Positions 41,351 through 52,049 are shown, numbered from the stretch's first letter. The stretch is 64,000 bases of DNA from an uncultured bacterium (GCA_963695335.1 OY968764.1:512001-576000), one strand, 5' to 3'. Translations and numbers: made by a program. The notes: generated by a model not told the origin, from the sequence alone.

Positions 41351-42409
41351 CTATTTTTTACGTGCCGTTTGTATGATACGAGTTTTGACCCTAGTATATT
41401 CATTACAATAATTTTCATCAATATCTATTAATCGTTGTAATTCATCATTTGCTAATATCCATGGGTTGAGGCCTCTGAATTTGCCAATCAATGGTGTTGT
41501 TGCGCCTGGTATTTCATTAATTGGTTCATAATTGACAATGGTTTTCAAGCAATTACAGATGATTGCATCATCACTCAACCAGAGTTTATCCCACACAATT
41601 GGATCAGTAGAAAAATGAATGTCATCACTGGTCAGCAGACCAATATCGAGTGCTCTGCGTAATGCTCGCGCTGTCCAGGTGTATACAAAATCATTTGCAT
41701 TGCTACTCCACACCAATTCTGTGCTGCGCAGTGATGCCAGGGCTAATTTTTTTGCACTTTCTGCGTTGGTGAAATACCAATTGCCGTCAGCAAAATGTAT
41801 ATCATTCAAAATAGCAGTAACATCGTCAGGGGTGAGGGCGCCCGTTAATAAAGCTTCTTGTAAGTTATAGTCTAAGCGATCTGCACAAATATTGGGTAAA
41901 TCTTGTTCGAGCATGCAGTGAGCTCCACTTTTGTGTAGCACGGCATCAAGAGAAAGGTTATGACGTTGTAGCAATTCATCAACTTTGTACTGTTGTAAAA
42001 ACCATTCATGAATATCATCTTGGTATGAGCTGTGTAAGTTTGTGTGATTAAAAAGAACGTCAGCTACGTGAGAAAACACGGTGTGAGAAGCATCGTGCAA
42101 CAATCCTGCAATCTGTTCTTCGAGTGTTGCGCCATACATTCTGAGTAGTGCCCATACACCAACACAATGTTCGTATCGAGTATATTCTTTGTTTTGTTTT
42201 ATTATATAATCCAATGTTCCGTGTTGTCTGATACTTTTTATCCGTTGCACAACAGGGCTATTGAACAGTTCAATAAGGACCGGTTCGGTGATAGTAACAT
42301 CCCCATAAGAGGTGCTGACGGTGAGTGATTGTAGTTGTTCTGAGCCAAAACATGCTGTTGCAACTGCAAAATATGTGATGAGTACAAGATATGATAGATT
42401 GTGTTTCAT
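41351..42409 (-). CDS. HD-domain phosphohydrolase with signal peptide
   Basis: RIKSIRQ, TRYEHCVG, GLLHDASHTVFSH, ADRLDY. Confidence 0.88.
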   Translation of the reverse strand: MKHNLSYLVLITYFAVATACFGSEQLQSLTVSTSYGDVTITEPVLIELFNSPVVQRIKSIRQHGTLDYIIKQNKEYTRYEHCVGVWALLRMYGATLEEQIAGLLHDASHTVFSHVADVLFNHTNLHSSYQDDIHEWFLQQYKVDELLQRHNLSLDAVLHKSGAHCMLEQDLPNICADRLDYNLQEALLTGALTPDDVTAILNDIHFADGNWYFTNAESAKKLALASLRSTELVWSSNANDFVYTWTARALRRALDIGLLTSDDIHFSTDPIVWDKLWLSDDAIICNCLKTIVNYEPINEIPGATTPLIGKFRGLNPWILANDELQRLIDIDENYCNEYTRVKTRIIQTARKK

Positions 42410-42423
42410 GATGGCTCCTATGG

Positions 42424-43692
42424 TTATTGACGTTTATACAATTCCAGAAGAAGGTTTCCAATCAAATAAGTAACATCCTGCGGTATTTCAATAGCATCAC
42501 ATTGGCTAGTATAGTTTTTTATTAAAAACAAATGATAGGAAAATATGTTTTTAATTGTATCTTTGTCCATTACTTTAAAAGGAACGGGAAGAATAACACA
42601 TTCATCTTTCAGTGCGATAATGACTTTTGTTTTATCGGGAGAAAAAGAAAAATCATATGTTTCTGATGGGGGCAATTGTGGGCTTACATGAATAAGTTCT
42701 TTTGTGTCTATATTCCAGTAAGATAATAGAGTATGAGATCCTGTAATCTTTCGCTCAAGTCCCACTTCCTTATCCCACACAATTAGTTTTGATGATATTG
42801 CCAAAATTGAGTTTGAATAAAACACTGTTTTTTTAAACTCTTCATGTAATATTCGATCGTTATAATATTTTGTTGTAAGCTTTTTACATTGATTGATATT
42901 TTGTGAGTTGACTATATAAATATTGCTATGGTAATGATCTCCCTGCGCTATATAAGATCCATTCGGGTTATATTCACAAAAATCTTTGTAGTAACGACCA
43001 AAATTATGGGAAGCACGGGTTTGAGGTAAAAATTCATCAGAATGATTTGTGGGATGATAGGTTGCACCATTTGGATGGACTATGCATATTTCATGTTGCG
43101 TTGGGTTAATGGCGATAATCGGAGTGCGTCCATTATAACCAAAGGAAGAGCTGTCATCCTGATTAGTTATATAATTATATTTTGTTATCTTGTGGTTCAT
43201 TGGAATATTGTAATTTTTACCCTCTGTATAATTTTTAAAATTAGCACGCATTAAAAATATGGTTGTATCATGAGGATCAAATTGTATGCTGGCAATTCTA
43301 TCATAAGGTTGTTCGCAATTGGGTAGAGAACCTTCTACTTTTTTGTTCCAGATATAATCATTTTTTTCTATGTCATAGATATTGATTATATTGTCATAAA
43401 AAAGAGCGAACAGTTTTTGATTGGGATGTATAGCAATTTTTTGATTGCCGATATTACTTATTTTTTTAATGTCTGTGTTTGTTTTTGGATCAACAATGCT
43501 GCATCCATCTTCACCAACAATAACCACATGGTTGTTGGCTAGATATTGCGCATATTTGGGATTTTGTATGCAGGTTATTTCTGCAAGAATGTTTGGTTTT
43601 GTTTCTTTTGGTTTTTCCAACTCCATTGCAAGGGACGTGTTTGCTGTAATGTAAAGATAAGTTATAAGAAAAATGTGAAGTGAATGTTTCAT
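42424..43692 (-). CDS. Secreted WD40-like beta-propeller protein, paralog
   Basis: EITCIQNP, GCSIVD, AIHPN, SFSPDK, PVPF. Confidence 0.75.
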   Translation of the reverse strand: MKHSLHIFLITYLYITANTSLAMELEKPKETKPNILAEITCIQNPKYAQYLANNHVVIVGEDGCSIVDPKTNTDIKKISNIGNQKIAIHPNQKLFALFYDNIINIYDIEKNDYIWNKKVEGSLPNCEQPYDRIASIQFDPHDTTIFLMRANFKNYTEGKNYNIPMNHKITKYNYITNQDDSSSFGYNGRTPIIAINPTQHEICIVHPNGATYHPTNHSDEFLPQTRASHNFGRYYKDFCEYNPNGSYIAQGDHYHSNIYIVNSQNINQCKKLTTKYYNDRILHEEFKKTVFYSNSILAISSKLIVWDKEVGLERKITGSHTLLSYWNIDTKELIHVSPQLPPSETYDFSFSPDKTKVIIALKDECVILPVPFKVMDKDTIKNIFSYHLFLIKNYTSQCDAIEIPQDVTYLIGNLLLELYKRQ

Positions 43693-43740
43693 GATATCCT
43701 TTATTTAGTCATTGATGCTGCATAAAGGATATCATTATTT

Positions 43741-44181
43741 TTATTTTTTTATATTGTCTTGTTCTATCACTTCAGCTGGAACGGGAAAAGTAAAATATGT
43801 ATCATCAAGAGCGATGATTACTTTTGGTTTGTTCTGTTTTTTAGTAAAAAAAGCGAAATTTAACTTTGAAGTTGTAGTATGATTTTCCGGTAATTCAAAT
43901 GATGAGCTTGCATATATGTGATGCGTTTTGGTGTCTGAATAATATAACTTAATACTGTTTTTTGCAGGTTTATATTTTAGTGTTGCTACAATTGAGTCAG
44001 AATAGTGGTGTTCAGCCGTTATAGAATATATTCTGCTTATTTTGCTTGGAATAATAGTCCAGTCATCAGATAGGTATTGAGCTTGTTGAGAACGTGTTAA
44101 AGAGATTGGTTTCATAGCGATACAAGATAATGTTGTTATGAGTAGGATAGGGGTGATAAAAAACAGGTTGGTTTTCTTCAT
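43741..44181 (-). CDS. Short or truncated member of the same secreted family
   Basis: AQYL, KVIIAL, FPVP shared with 42424-43692. Confidence 0.55.
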   Translation of the reverse strand: MKKTNLFFITPILLITTLSCIAMKPISLTRSQQAQYLSDDWTIIPSKISRIYSITAEHHYSDSIVATLKYKPAKNSIKLYYSDTKTHHIYASSSFELPENHTTTSKLNFAFFTKKQNKPKVIIALDDTYFTFPVPAEVIEQDNIKK

Positions 44182-44224
44182 ACTATACTTTCGTTTATGA
44201 CTTTATCATTATAACGGTCAAAGC

Positions 44225-45004
44225 TTAGCACTTACAACGTGCGTTTGTAAGTATGTACTGAAAAACAATGAGCGCAGCAATGATACAGAGCGCTACAACT
44301 TGATGAAATGATAAATATTCGCTAATCATAATTCGGTCTGCTCGCCAAAAATCAACACAAAAACGTTCAACGGCAGCGAGTGTCAAATACGTTGTAAACA
44401 GTTGCCCACTTTTTGTGCAGATGCGCTGTGCAACAAAATACATAAAAAGAAAAATACAAAAAAGAATAGCAGAGCTATACAGTTGTGTTGGATGAATTGG
44501 TGTATTACATGTTGCTAATGTATTTGGATTGGTATATATCACCGCAAAAATGCTGTGTGTTGTAACGCCGTAACAACATCCGGCTAGAAAGCACCCCAAG
44601 CGGGCAATAGATTGGCACAGTGGTGCGTAAATAGAAACAAGATCAAAAACTGGAAGTATGGCCACATTAATTTTTTTGAGATAAAAAGGTACGGTTACGA
44701 TAATACCAATAATACTGCCAAGAATAGAAAATCCGCCTTGCCATAGCGCGAACCAATCATACCAATGTGGATACAAAACTGGCTCTGATATCACTTCTAG
44801 TAATCGTCCACCAACACATCCAGCGATGACCGCGACGATGATGATATCAAGGTATTTATCTTCTAGGTGCAGCTGTTTGAATCTTTTATCGCGGCGAATT
44901 GCGATCACGGTGGTGATAATACCAAGGGCTATGAAAAGGCCGTAGTATTGGATGCCGAAAGGGCCGTGGATATGTAGCAGTTCTGGTGAAAAGTTTAATT
45001 TCAT
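44225..45004 (-). CDS. lgt: Prolipoprotein diacylglyceryl transferase
   Basis: YYG, GGRL, GGFS, RLGCFLAGCCYG, HPTQLY. Confidence 0.93.
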   Translation of the reverse strand: MKLNFSPELLHIHGPFGIQYYGLFIALGIITTVIAIRRDKRFKQLHLEDKYLDIIIVAVIAGCVGGRLLEVISEPVLYPHWYDWFALWQGGFSILGSIIGIIVTVPFYLKKINVAILPVFDLVSIYAPLCQSIARLGCFLAGCCYGVTTHSIFAVIYTNPNTLATCNTPIHPTQLYSSAILFCIFLFMYFVAQRICTKSGQLFTTYLTLAAVERFCVDFWRADRIMISEYLSFHQVVALCIIAALIVFQYILTNARCKC

Positions 45005-45026
45005 GAGGGTCTATTGCAGTTTTTCT

Positions 45027-45166
45027 CCGCTCGCCCTGAGTGTTTTTGTCTTCAAAAATGTATCGAAGGGTTTGAGCGGCAAATTAATGATTTTAAATCT
45101 TTTTTATATTGCACCCTTCGATATATTTTACTACGTTTCACTTCGTAAAACACTCAGGGCGAGCGG
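45027..45166. repeat. REP-like inverted dimer (type A)
   Basis: ccgctcgccctgagtgtttttgtcttcaaaaatgtatcgaagggt ... acccttcgatatattttactacgtttcacttcgtaaaacactcagggcgagcgg. Confidence 0.9.
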
Positions 45167-45199
45167 GTTGGGGGTATTGATTTTTTTTATTTGGATAGA

Positions 45200-45619
45200 T
45201 TATGACGCTACTGCAGTCCCATTATCAATTATTATTTTATTATCATTATCCCATGAAAATGTAATATTCGCTTGTGTTGCATCATCATTAAGTTTATACG
45301 CCACTGTTTTTGATCCTGCACGTTTACCATTCACAAATGAATAATCAAAGGTTACATTAACAGTTTTTGTTTCTGAAGGAATTTGCAGCGTTGCACCTTG
45401 CGCAATTTCAGTGTTGTTTACAGAAACTTTGAATGAATCAGGATTATATTTACCAGTCCAATGTTTGTACGTGAGCATATCGGGTTTAATATTGTTAGAG
45501 ATGGTGATAGAAGAGGGAGCAGTTGCTGGCTCTGTTGGAGCAGGTAGCTCTGATGAAGTTTCTGTTGTATTAATAGTGAATGGTACAAAAGCAATTAAAA
45601 ATAAGCATGCGAGCATCAT
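45200..45619 (-). CDS. Secreted hypothetical protein
   Basis: Signal peptide, beta-rich body. Confidence 0.65.
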   Translation of the reverse strand: MMLACLFLIAFVPFTINTTETSSELPAPTEPATAPSSITISNNIKPDMLTYKHWTGKYNPDSFKVSVNNTEIAQGATLQIPSETKTVNVTFDYSFVNGKRAGSKTVAYKLNDDATQANITFSWDNDNKIIIDNGTAVAS

Positions 45620-45658
45620 GGCGCACTTCCTTTTTTTTAAAAATGTATTGATGAGTAG

Positions 45659-47509
45659 TTAGACTATCATTTTTTCATTTTTTAATGATTTTGTAAAATC
45701 GAAAATGCGGAATATGAGTAATGAGATTGCTGCAGGAGTCATTCCAGGGATCAATGCAGCATGTGCAATGCTTTGTGGTTTGTGCTTTGTCAGCTTTTGT
45801 TGCAACTCTTTTGAAAGTCCTGGTATTTGTGCATAATCAAACTCTACAGGAATCATTAATGTTTTGAACGTAGCACTTTTTTTGATCTCTTGTTTTTCAC
45901 GCGTAATGTATGGCTCGTAGCGCAGTTCTGCGTGAACTATGTGCAATGCACGTTCAGATAAATTATTTATATTGCATTGCAGTAAGTACTCAGCTAATTT
46001 ACTTTTATCAGATTCATCTTGACCAAACGTACGCAACAGTTCCGTGCTACTTTTTTCCGCACGTAGTTGTGCAAGCGTGTCTTCAACAGATTTTTTTTCA
46101 GCTAAGAAATCGTTGTGTAGTTGTTCATCAATCATACCAAGTTCATATGCGCGTGGCGTCAGACGTAAAAATGCATTATCTTGACGCAATAGTAATCTGC
46201 GTTCAGCACGAGACGTGAACATGCGATACGGTTCATCAACACTCATACTCACTAGATCATCAATCATCACACCGATATAACTTTCTGCGCGATCCAAAAT
46301 AAATGGTGCTTTGCCTGCAACTTTTTGATGCGCATTAATACCAGCAACAATCCCTTGTCCTGCTGCTTCTTCGTACCCAGTGGTGCCATTAATTTGCCCT
46401 GCCAAAAAGAGGCCTGGAACTGTGATAACTTCTAACGTTGAGTGTAATTGATTTGGATATACAAAATCGTATTCAACAGCGTAGCCAGCTTTGGTGATAA
46501 TAGCGTTTTCAAAACCGGTAATGGTGCGAATGTATTGCTCTTGAACATCAAGTGGTAATGATGTGGAAATACCGTTCGGGTAAATTTCATCAGAATCAGC
46601 GCCTTCTGGTTCCACAAACACGTGATGTGAGTCTTTTGATGCAAATCTGTGTATTTTGTCTTCAATAGAAGGGCAGTAGCGTGGCCCAATGCTGGAGATG
46701 TTGCCATTATACATTGCTGAACGGTGTAAATTGTTTTTAATCACCGCATGGGTGTTTTCATTGGTGCGAGTAATATAGCATGCGTGTGAGCTGTGTACTT
46801 TGTGAGGATAGAATTCAAAAAGATAGTTAAGATTATCTGGTTCTTGGTATTCCATTTTTGAAAAATCTAAGCTTGATGCAAGTAAGCGTGGAGGGGTTCC
46901 GGTTTTTAAGCGCCCAAGCTTTAAACCAGCGCGTTTTAAAAATTGTGATATGCCAGTCACTGCCTTTTCATCGCGTCTTCCTGCTGAAAAATTCTTTTCG
47001 CCGATGTGGCAAAGGCCATTTAAGAATGTTCCGGTTGTTAGAATAACAGCAGAAGTGCTGTATATTTTTTCCTGCTCATCTTCCATTGCTTTGATTGCAG
47101 ACACCATGTTGTCTGCGTTTAGTATAATATCTTCTACCGTGCCACCAATAATGGTGAGATTTGGCATTTTTTGCAGTTCTTTTTGACTCAAACTGCTGTA
47201 CGCAAATTTATCTATCTGCAGACGTAACCCTTGCACAGCAGCACCTTTTTTGGTGTTAAGCATGCGTGCTTGCAAGTATGTTGTGGTGCACAGACGTGGC
47301 ATAAGGCCACCGAGTGCGCTGATATCATACACAATATGACCTTTGCCAACACCGCCTATGGCAGGGTTACAGGGCATCAGGCCAATTTTATTGGGGTCAA
47401 GGGTGATGAGTGCTGTTTTTGATCCAAGTTTTGCTGCGGCATGAGCGGCTTCTATGCCTGCATGCCCGCCGCCTACAACAACTACGTCGAAATGAGTTAA
47501 TTTATTCAT
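45659..47509 (-). CDS. mnmG: tRNA uridine-5-carboxymethylaminomethyl modification enzyme MnmG
   Basis: GGGHAGIEAA, MPCNPAIGG, KTGTPPR, GPRYCPSIEDK, GQINGTTGYEEAA. Confidence 0.98.
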   Translation of the reverse strand: MNKLTHFDVVVVGGGHAGIEAAHAAAKLGSKTALITLDPNKIGLMPCNPAIGGVGKGHIVYDISALGGLMPRLCTTTYLQARMLNTKKGAAVQGLRLQIDKFAYSSLSQKELQKMPNLTIIGGTVEDIILNADNMVSAIKAMEDEQEKIYSTSAVILTTGTFLNGLCHIGEKNFSAGRRDEKAVTGISQFLKRAGLKLGRLKTGTPPRLLASSLDFSKMEYQEPDNLNYLFEFYPHKVHSSHACYITRTNENTHAVIKNNLHRSAMYNGNISSIGPRYCPSIEDKIHRFASKDSHHVFVEPEGADSDEIYPNGISTSLPLDVQEQYIRTITGFENAIITKAGYAVEYDFVYPNQLHSTLEVITVPGLFLAGQINGTTGYEEAAGQGIVAGINAHQKVAGKAPFILDRAESYIGVMIDDLVSMSVDEPYRMFTSRAERRLLLRQDNAFLRLTPRAYELGMIDEQLHNDFLAEKKSVEDTLAQLRAEKSSTELLRTFGQDESDKSKLAEYLLQCNINNLSERALHIVHAELRYEPYITREKQEIKKSATFKTLMIPVEFDYAQIPGLSKELQQKLTKHKPQSIAHAALIPGMTPAAISLLIFRIFDFTKSLKNEKMIV

Positions 47510-47545
47510 GGTATTCGTGATAAAAAAGTGTGTTTTTTTCTTCTC

Positions 47546-47665
47546 CCGCTCGCCCTGAGTGTTTTACGTAGCGTTAGCGCAGTAAAATGTATCGAAGGGT
47601 TTATCTTATCTGTTTTCCGCATCCTTCGATACATTTTTGAAGACAAAAACACTCAGGACGAGCGG
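47546..47665. repeat. REP-like inverted dimer (type A)
   Basis: ccgctcgccctgagtgttttacgtagcgttagcgcagtaaaatgtatcgaagggt ... atccttcgatacatttttgaagacaaaaacactcaggacgagcgg. Confidence 0.9.
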
Positions 47666-47716
47666 AAAATACAGCACAAGCTGGAGAAGTTTAAATGATT
47701 TCATGTCAAAATAAAT

Positions 47717-47741
47717 GAGGTGCGTTTTTACAACGCACCTC
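47717..47741. terminator. Putative terminator hairpin
   Basis: gaggtgcgtt-tttac-aacgcacctc. Confidence 0.55.
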
Positions 47742-47790
47742 TTATACATTTCATTGTACTTAATTATGTTTTTTTAGGCAAGAAACCTGT

Positions 47791-48393
47791 TTAGCGGCAG
47801 TTTAGACGAGTTGTTAAACCAGCAAAGAGTATCCAATCAGGTTTAGCACTCCACTCAGTTTTCTTTTTCTGAATCAACTGAGTTAAGATGTCAATTTTTT
47901 TAACAAGGTGTTTATGATCTGCATGGTGAGCTTTAACACGTAATGCTTTAAGCTTTGCAATCATCTCACCAAATATTTTCTCAGTATTAAATTCACGTTT
48001 AATTTCCACAGAGAAATCCGCAGCATATGTAGCGGGTTTACCGTTATATTTTTTGAAAATGTTACACAAAACGTTAAAGTGTTGTGCCACATAATCCATA
48101 AGTTCATCAATTTCTACTGAGATATCGTCATTGTGGCTACGCGTTACTGTTTCAATTTTTCGTTGGAAATCGCGTAATATGGAATCTAATTCTTCCACAA
48201 ACGTGTTATAGGGAGTTTTGTTGCTTGAGTTAAAAAAGCCTGCGAGGTTTTTTTCTGTGGGAATAAACACGTTTATAATGTTATCGATATTTGTAATATG
48301 ATGGTTAGCAAACAAAGATGTAGACGCCATCACCATGAACATTATAACCGCTACCTTACTCAAAATCGCTTTTTTCATTGTATTGTTTTTCAT
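47791..48393 (-). CDS. Secreted helical hypothetical protein
   Basis: Signal peptide (..TSLFA), GAGGGA RBS. Confidence 0.7.
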   Translation of the reverse strand: MKNNTMKKAILSKVAVIMFMVMASTSLFANHHITNIDNIINVFIPTEKNLAGFFNSSNKTPYNTFVEELDSILRDFQRKIETVTRSHNDDISVEIDELMDYVAQHFNVLCNIFKKYNGKPATYAADFSVEIKREFNTEKIFGEMIAKLKALRVKAHHADHKHLVKKIDILTQLIQKKKTEWSAKPDWILFAGLTTRLNCR

Positions 48394-48551
48394 AATAAGT
48401 CCCTCTCAATTTGGGAAAATGATGTTTCTGGCCATATTTCTGATCACACTAACAGTTTACCTGGTTATAGTTCTGCCGTCAAAGGCACCCCAAAAAGCTT
48501 GAATTAATCGCTATTTTCATTATTCTAACTCTTAATTATTCAAAACCCCTG

Positions 48552-48577
48552 CCCTTCGTAGCCTTGGCGAAGTAGGG
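48552..48577. repeat. Palindromic repeat type C (intergenic)
   Basis: cccttcgtagccttggcgaagtaggg. Confidence 0.7.
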
Positions 48578-48600
48578 CCAAAATAACCTAGTATAAGCGT

Positions 48601-49665
48601 ATGATATACCATTTATCGTTTTATTTAAAGCAGTATTGGCCGTTTTTCAATGTTCTGCACTATGTAAGTGTGCGTGCAGTGGCCTCTTTGCTCAGTTCTT
48701 TAGCCACTTTTTTGATGTTTGGACCATTTTTTATGGCGATTTCACGTCGCTTTTTCCGTTCTAAGGCCAGAGAATTCACGCCAGAGGCTCATAAAAAGAA
48801 AGATAGCATGCCAACTATGGGTGGGGTGTTTATTTTAGCCATTATGCTTTTAAACACGCTTCTGTGGTGCGATTTAAGCAATACAAAGGTCTGGATATTC
48901 CTGTTTTGTACCCTGGGGTTTGGAATGGTTGGTTTTTGGGATGATTGGAGCAAGATTTCGAGCGATAGGGGCATTTCTGCTTTGACAAAATTGCAATTTC
49001 AGGTTTTTATAGCAACAATTTCAGCCTTTCTTCTTGTTTTTTGGGGTTCTTGTGGTACCCAGGTAGTTTTTCCGTTTTTTAAGCATCTGAGTCCAAATTT
49101 GGGTCTTTTTTTTATCCCTTGGATTGTTTTTATTATTATAGGTTGTAGCAACGCAGTCAATCTGACCGATGGGCTTGATGGTCTTGCGATTGGGTCATTG
49201 CTGCCCAATTTTACTATATTTTCCCTTATTTGTTACTTGGCGGGCCATTTTGGGCTTGCATTATATTTGAATATTCCCTTTGCAGGCACATCTGAAATAG
49301 CTATTATTGGAGCCATTTTGATAGGTTCTTCTTTAGGTTTTTTGTGGTACAATACATATCCAGCGCAAATTTTTATGGGAGATGTGGGATCGCTGGCTTT
49401 GGGGGCAGGGCTTTCTTTAATGGCGATTATGGCAAAGCAGGAGCTTTTATTACCTATTGCTGGCGGACTTTTTGTGGTAGAAACAATCTCTGTGATACTC
49501 CAAGTGCTTTCTGTGCGGTATTTGGGAAAAAGAATGTTTAAGATGGCTCCTATTCATCATCACTTTGAACTGCTTGGGTGGCCAGAATCACGCATCACTA
49601 CCCGTTTTGGCATTATCTCTTTGGTATTATGCCTGCTGACGCTTATTACACTAAAATTGCGATAA
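48601..49665 (+). CDS. mraY: Phospho-N-acetylmuramoyl-pentapeptide transferase
   Basis: PTMGG, NAVNLTDGLDGLA, FMGDVGS, MAPIHHHFE. Confidence 0.97.
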   Translation: MIYHLSFYLKQYWPFFNVLHYVSVRAVASLLSSLATFLMFGPFFMAISRRFFRSKAREFTPEAHKKKDSMPTMGGVFILAIMLLNTLLWCDLSNTKVWIFLFCTLGFGMVGFWDDWSKISSDRGISALTKLQFQVFIATISAFLLVFWGSCGTQVVFPFFKHLSPNLGLFFIPWIVFIIIGCSNAVNLTDGLDGLAIGSLLPNFTIFSLICYLAGHFGLALYLNIPFAGTSEIAIIGAILIGSSLGFLWYNTYPAQIFMGDVGSLALGAGLSLMAIMAKQELLLPIAGGLFVVETISVILQVLSVRYLGKRMFKMAPIHHHFELLGWPESRITTRFGIISLVLCLLTLITLKLR

Positions 49666-49694
49666 ATTATATTCAAACAATAAAAGGATCATTG

Positions 49695-50303
49695 ATGATT
49701 ACATCTCGTGTGGTACTACTTGCGGTATTATTGGGTAATTGTGTGGTTGTGAGTATGGAAAGTGTACAGAAGCAAGAGATAAGTGTACAGAATGTATTAG
49801 ATACCATAATAGAGTCTCAGTTTCAACGTAAGTTGAGCGATACGGCTTTAGTTGAATTATATCTTTATACTGGTGGCAATATCAATGCGAAAGGAACTAT
49901 ATTTGTCAGTTCAGGTTGGCAAGATATAAAAGGAGCAAATTTACTTATGGTATCTGTATTTTATGATCGTCCAAAGTTGATGAAATTTTTAATTGGTAAA
50001 TATGCGAGATTAGATTGCAAAAATGAATTTGGTGATACGGCATTAATTATGGCAGCAATGACCGGGCGTGCAGCTTTGGTAAGGATTTTATTGGATGCTG
50101 GTGCAGACAAAAATATACGCAATAACGGTGGTAGGACGGCATTAGATGAAGCATATAATTCTCCATGGCGCTATAATTCTTTTTATAATAATAAGGATCG
50201 TAAAATTTATAATTTTCCAATAATGATTAGACTTCTTGAGCATCCTAATCAAAAGAAGGTTCAATATTACAAGCAAATTGATAATATTAAAAATCATTCT
50301 TAA
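49695..50303 (+). CDS. Secreted ankyrin-repeat protein
   Basis: GDTALIMAA, LLDAGAD, GRTALD. Confidence 0.85.
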   Translation: MITSRVVLLAVLLGNCVVVSMESVQKQEISVQNVLDTIIESQFQRKLSDTALVELYLYTGGNINAKGTIFVSSGWQDIKGANLLMVSVFYDRPKLMKFLIGKYARLDCKNEFGDTALIMAAMTGRAALVRILLDAGADKNIRNNGGRTALDEAYNSPWRYNSFYNNKDRKIYNFPIMIRLLEHPNQKKVQYYKQIDNIKNHS

Positions 50304-50430
50304 TTCATATATTGAGCTATTAAAGTGCCAAAATGTGTAATATACATGTTTTGGCATTATTTTTTTTGTGATATGCTTATTGCCGTTTATGATATAAAAA
50401 TTGCGATAAATCAATACAATAACAAAAAGG

Positions 50431-51600
50431 ATGATGCATATGTTGTATGCTTTGTTGATGGCAATGATGGTGAGTAGCGGTGTAGTGTTTGGCATGGAAA
50501 AAGAAAAAGAAAGTAGGCAAGTATTGATTGCAAGGCTTGGCGATCAGCCCAATGGAATTTGGGCCGGAGAATATCAAAAGCAGGGTTGGACCATTGAGCA
50601 AGCATTGGAAGATCATAGAACAGAGAATCCATCATTTTATGAGCTTTCTGTCCGAACGGATTATGAGCTTACATCTATTATAGAAAACGCAAGTAGTATG
50701 TTCGAGAGCATTGCTCCAAAAATGAGAGAGTTAGCATGCAAAGATAAATATTGGAAAAAACTTTTAGATAAGGCATATAATACAGAACCTTTGTTGTATA
50801 AGATTAATCGTAGTTTAACGAATTATGCAAAGTATAAAAATGGTTTTGATATGTCTGTGCGCAATGAAGGTCTCTATATTTATTTGGAGATAGCCGCAGC
50901 GCTTTTGGGTACTCCAGGAGCAATTGAATTTGGAAGAGGGTATATTCAACAAGATTCTGCAAAAACAAGATTGAAAAATTTTGTGTTTGGGGTTGTAGAA
51001 TACGGAGATAGTCGACCACATTCTTGTGAAATGATGCTCTCATGGCCGGATGAAGATTTGGATGTGGTGAGAGCTGCTTTAGATATGGGGCTTGAGCCTG
51101 ATATGGTGAGTAATGCTCATGGTTGGACTTCTGAGGGCGTGCCTCTTTTAATAGTTGCTGCAAAGGCTAATAAAGTAAAGGTGGTTGAACTATTGCTTGA
51201 TCGTGGAGCTGATAAAGAAACTAAATACGCGTTTGAAACAGAATATACTCATGATTCTTATGGAAAGGTGCCAAAGTATGTTCGAAGTTATACAGCTTTG
51301 CACGCAGCAGTAGAACGTAAATGCCAAGCTGTGATTGATTTGTTGATAGAGCGAAAAGCTGATATTAACGCTGTTGATAATTTTGGCAGAACTCCGTTGA
51401 TAGTGGCTGCAAAAGATGGATATATGGAAACGGTGGAAAAATTACTTGCGGCTGGCGCTGATAAATCTATAAAAGATGCATTTGATAAATATGCGATCGA
51501 TTATGCAGCAGAAGGCTTACAGAATGAAAAGTTATCAGTTGAAAAACGAGCTGCATATGAGAAAATAACGTATATGTCTTTGTTAAAAGATGTGAAATAG
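50431..51600 (+). CDS. Secreted ankyrin-repeat protein
   Basis: PLLIVAA, TALHAAV, GRTPLIVAA. Confidence 0.88.
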   Translation: MMHMLYALLMAMMVSSGVVFGMEKEKESRQVLIARLGDQPNGIWAGEYQKQGWTIEQALEDHRTENPSFYELSVRTDYELTSIIENASSMFESIAPKMRELACKDKYWKKLLDKAYNTEPLLYKINRSLTNYAKYKNGFDMSVRNEGLYIYLEIAAALLGTPGAIEFGRGYIQQDSAKTRLKNFVFGVVEYGDSRPHSCEMMLSWPDEDLDVVRAALDMGLEPDMVSNAHGWTSEGVPLLIVAAKANKVKVVELLLDRGADKETKYAFETEYTHDSYGKVPKYVRSYTALHAAVERKCQAVIDLLIERKADINAVDNFGRTPLIVAAKDGYMETVEKLLAAGADKSIKDAFDKYAIDYAAEGLQNEKLSVEKRAAYEKITYMSLLKDVK

Positions 51601-51622
51601 AAAATAAATTTTTAAATGTGCA

Positions 51623-51660
51623 AAGAGCCTCAAGGTTTTTACTTCGGGGCTCTTCTTTTT
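51623..51660. terminator. Terminator between convergent genes
   Basis: aagagcctc...ggggctctt followed by a T tract. Confidence 0.6.
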
Positions 51661-51669
51661 ATTAAAAGT

Positions 51670-52047
51670 TTACTTTTTTTCGAAAGAACCATTTTGTTTC
51701 AGAGCTTCAATTGCTTGAGGGTGTTCTTGTAAAATCGCTCTAACCATTGCTTCTTTTTTGGTTTGCATAAACTGATGAGCAAATTTTTTTTGTATTTCTT
51801 CGCTAAAATCCATTTGTGAGCTGTAACTGAGTAATGCAAAGTCGAGAAGCACAGTAACTTCACCTGGAACTACGTTTCTGTTGCCAAGCATTTTATCAAT
51901 GTTTGATTTTTCAACAAAATGAGGGATCCCCACTTCAAGTAATCGTTTTTTGAGTTCTTCATGTGAAGCAAGCGTTACAGTGGTATCCATAGCATAGAGG
52001 CCGTTGAGTGTGCTGAGGAGAACTAAAACAGATGTTATTTTGATCAT
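51670..52047 (-). CDS. Secreted hypothetical protein
   Basis: Signal peptide ending LYA-MDT, AAGGA RBS. Confidence 0.6.
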   Translation of the reverse strand: MIKITSVLVLLSTLNGLYAMDTTVTLASHEELKKRLLEVGIPHFVEKSNIDKMLGNRNVVPGEVTVLLDFALLSYSSQMDFSEEIQKKFAHQFMQTKKEAMVRAILQEHPQAIEALKQNGSFEKK

Positions 52048-52049
52048 TA

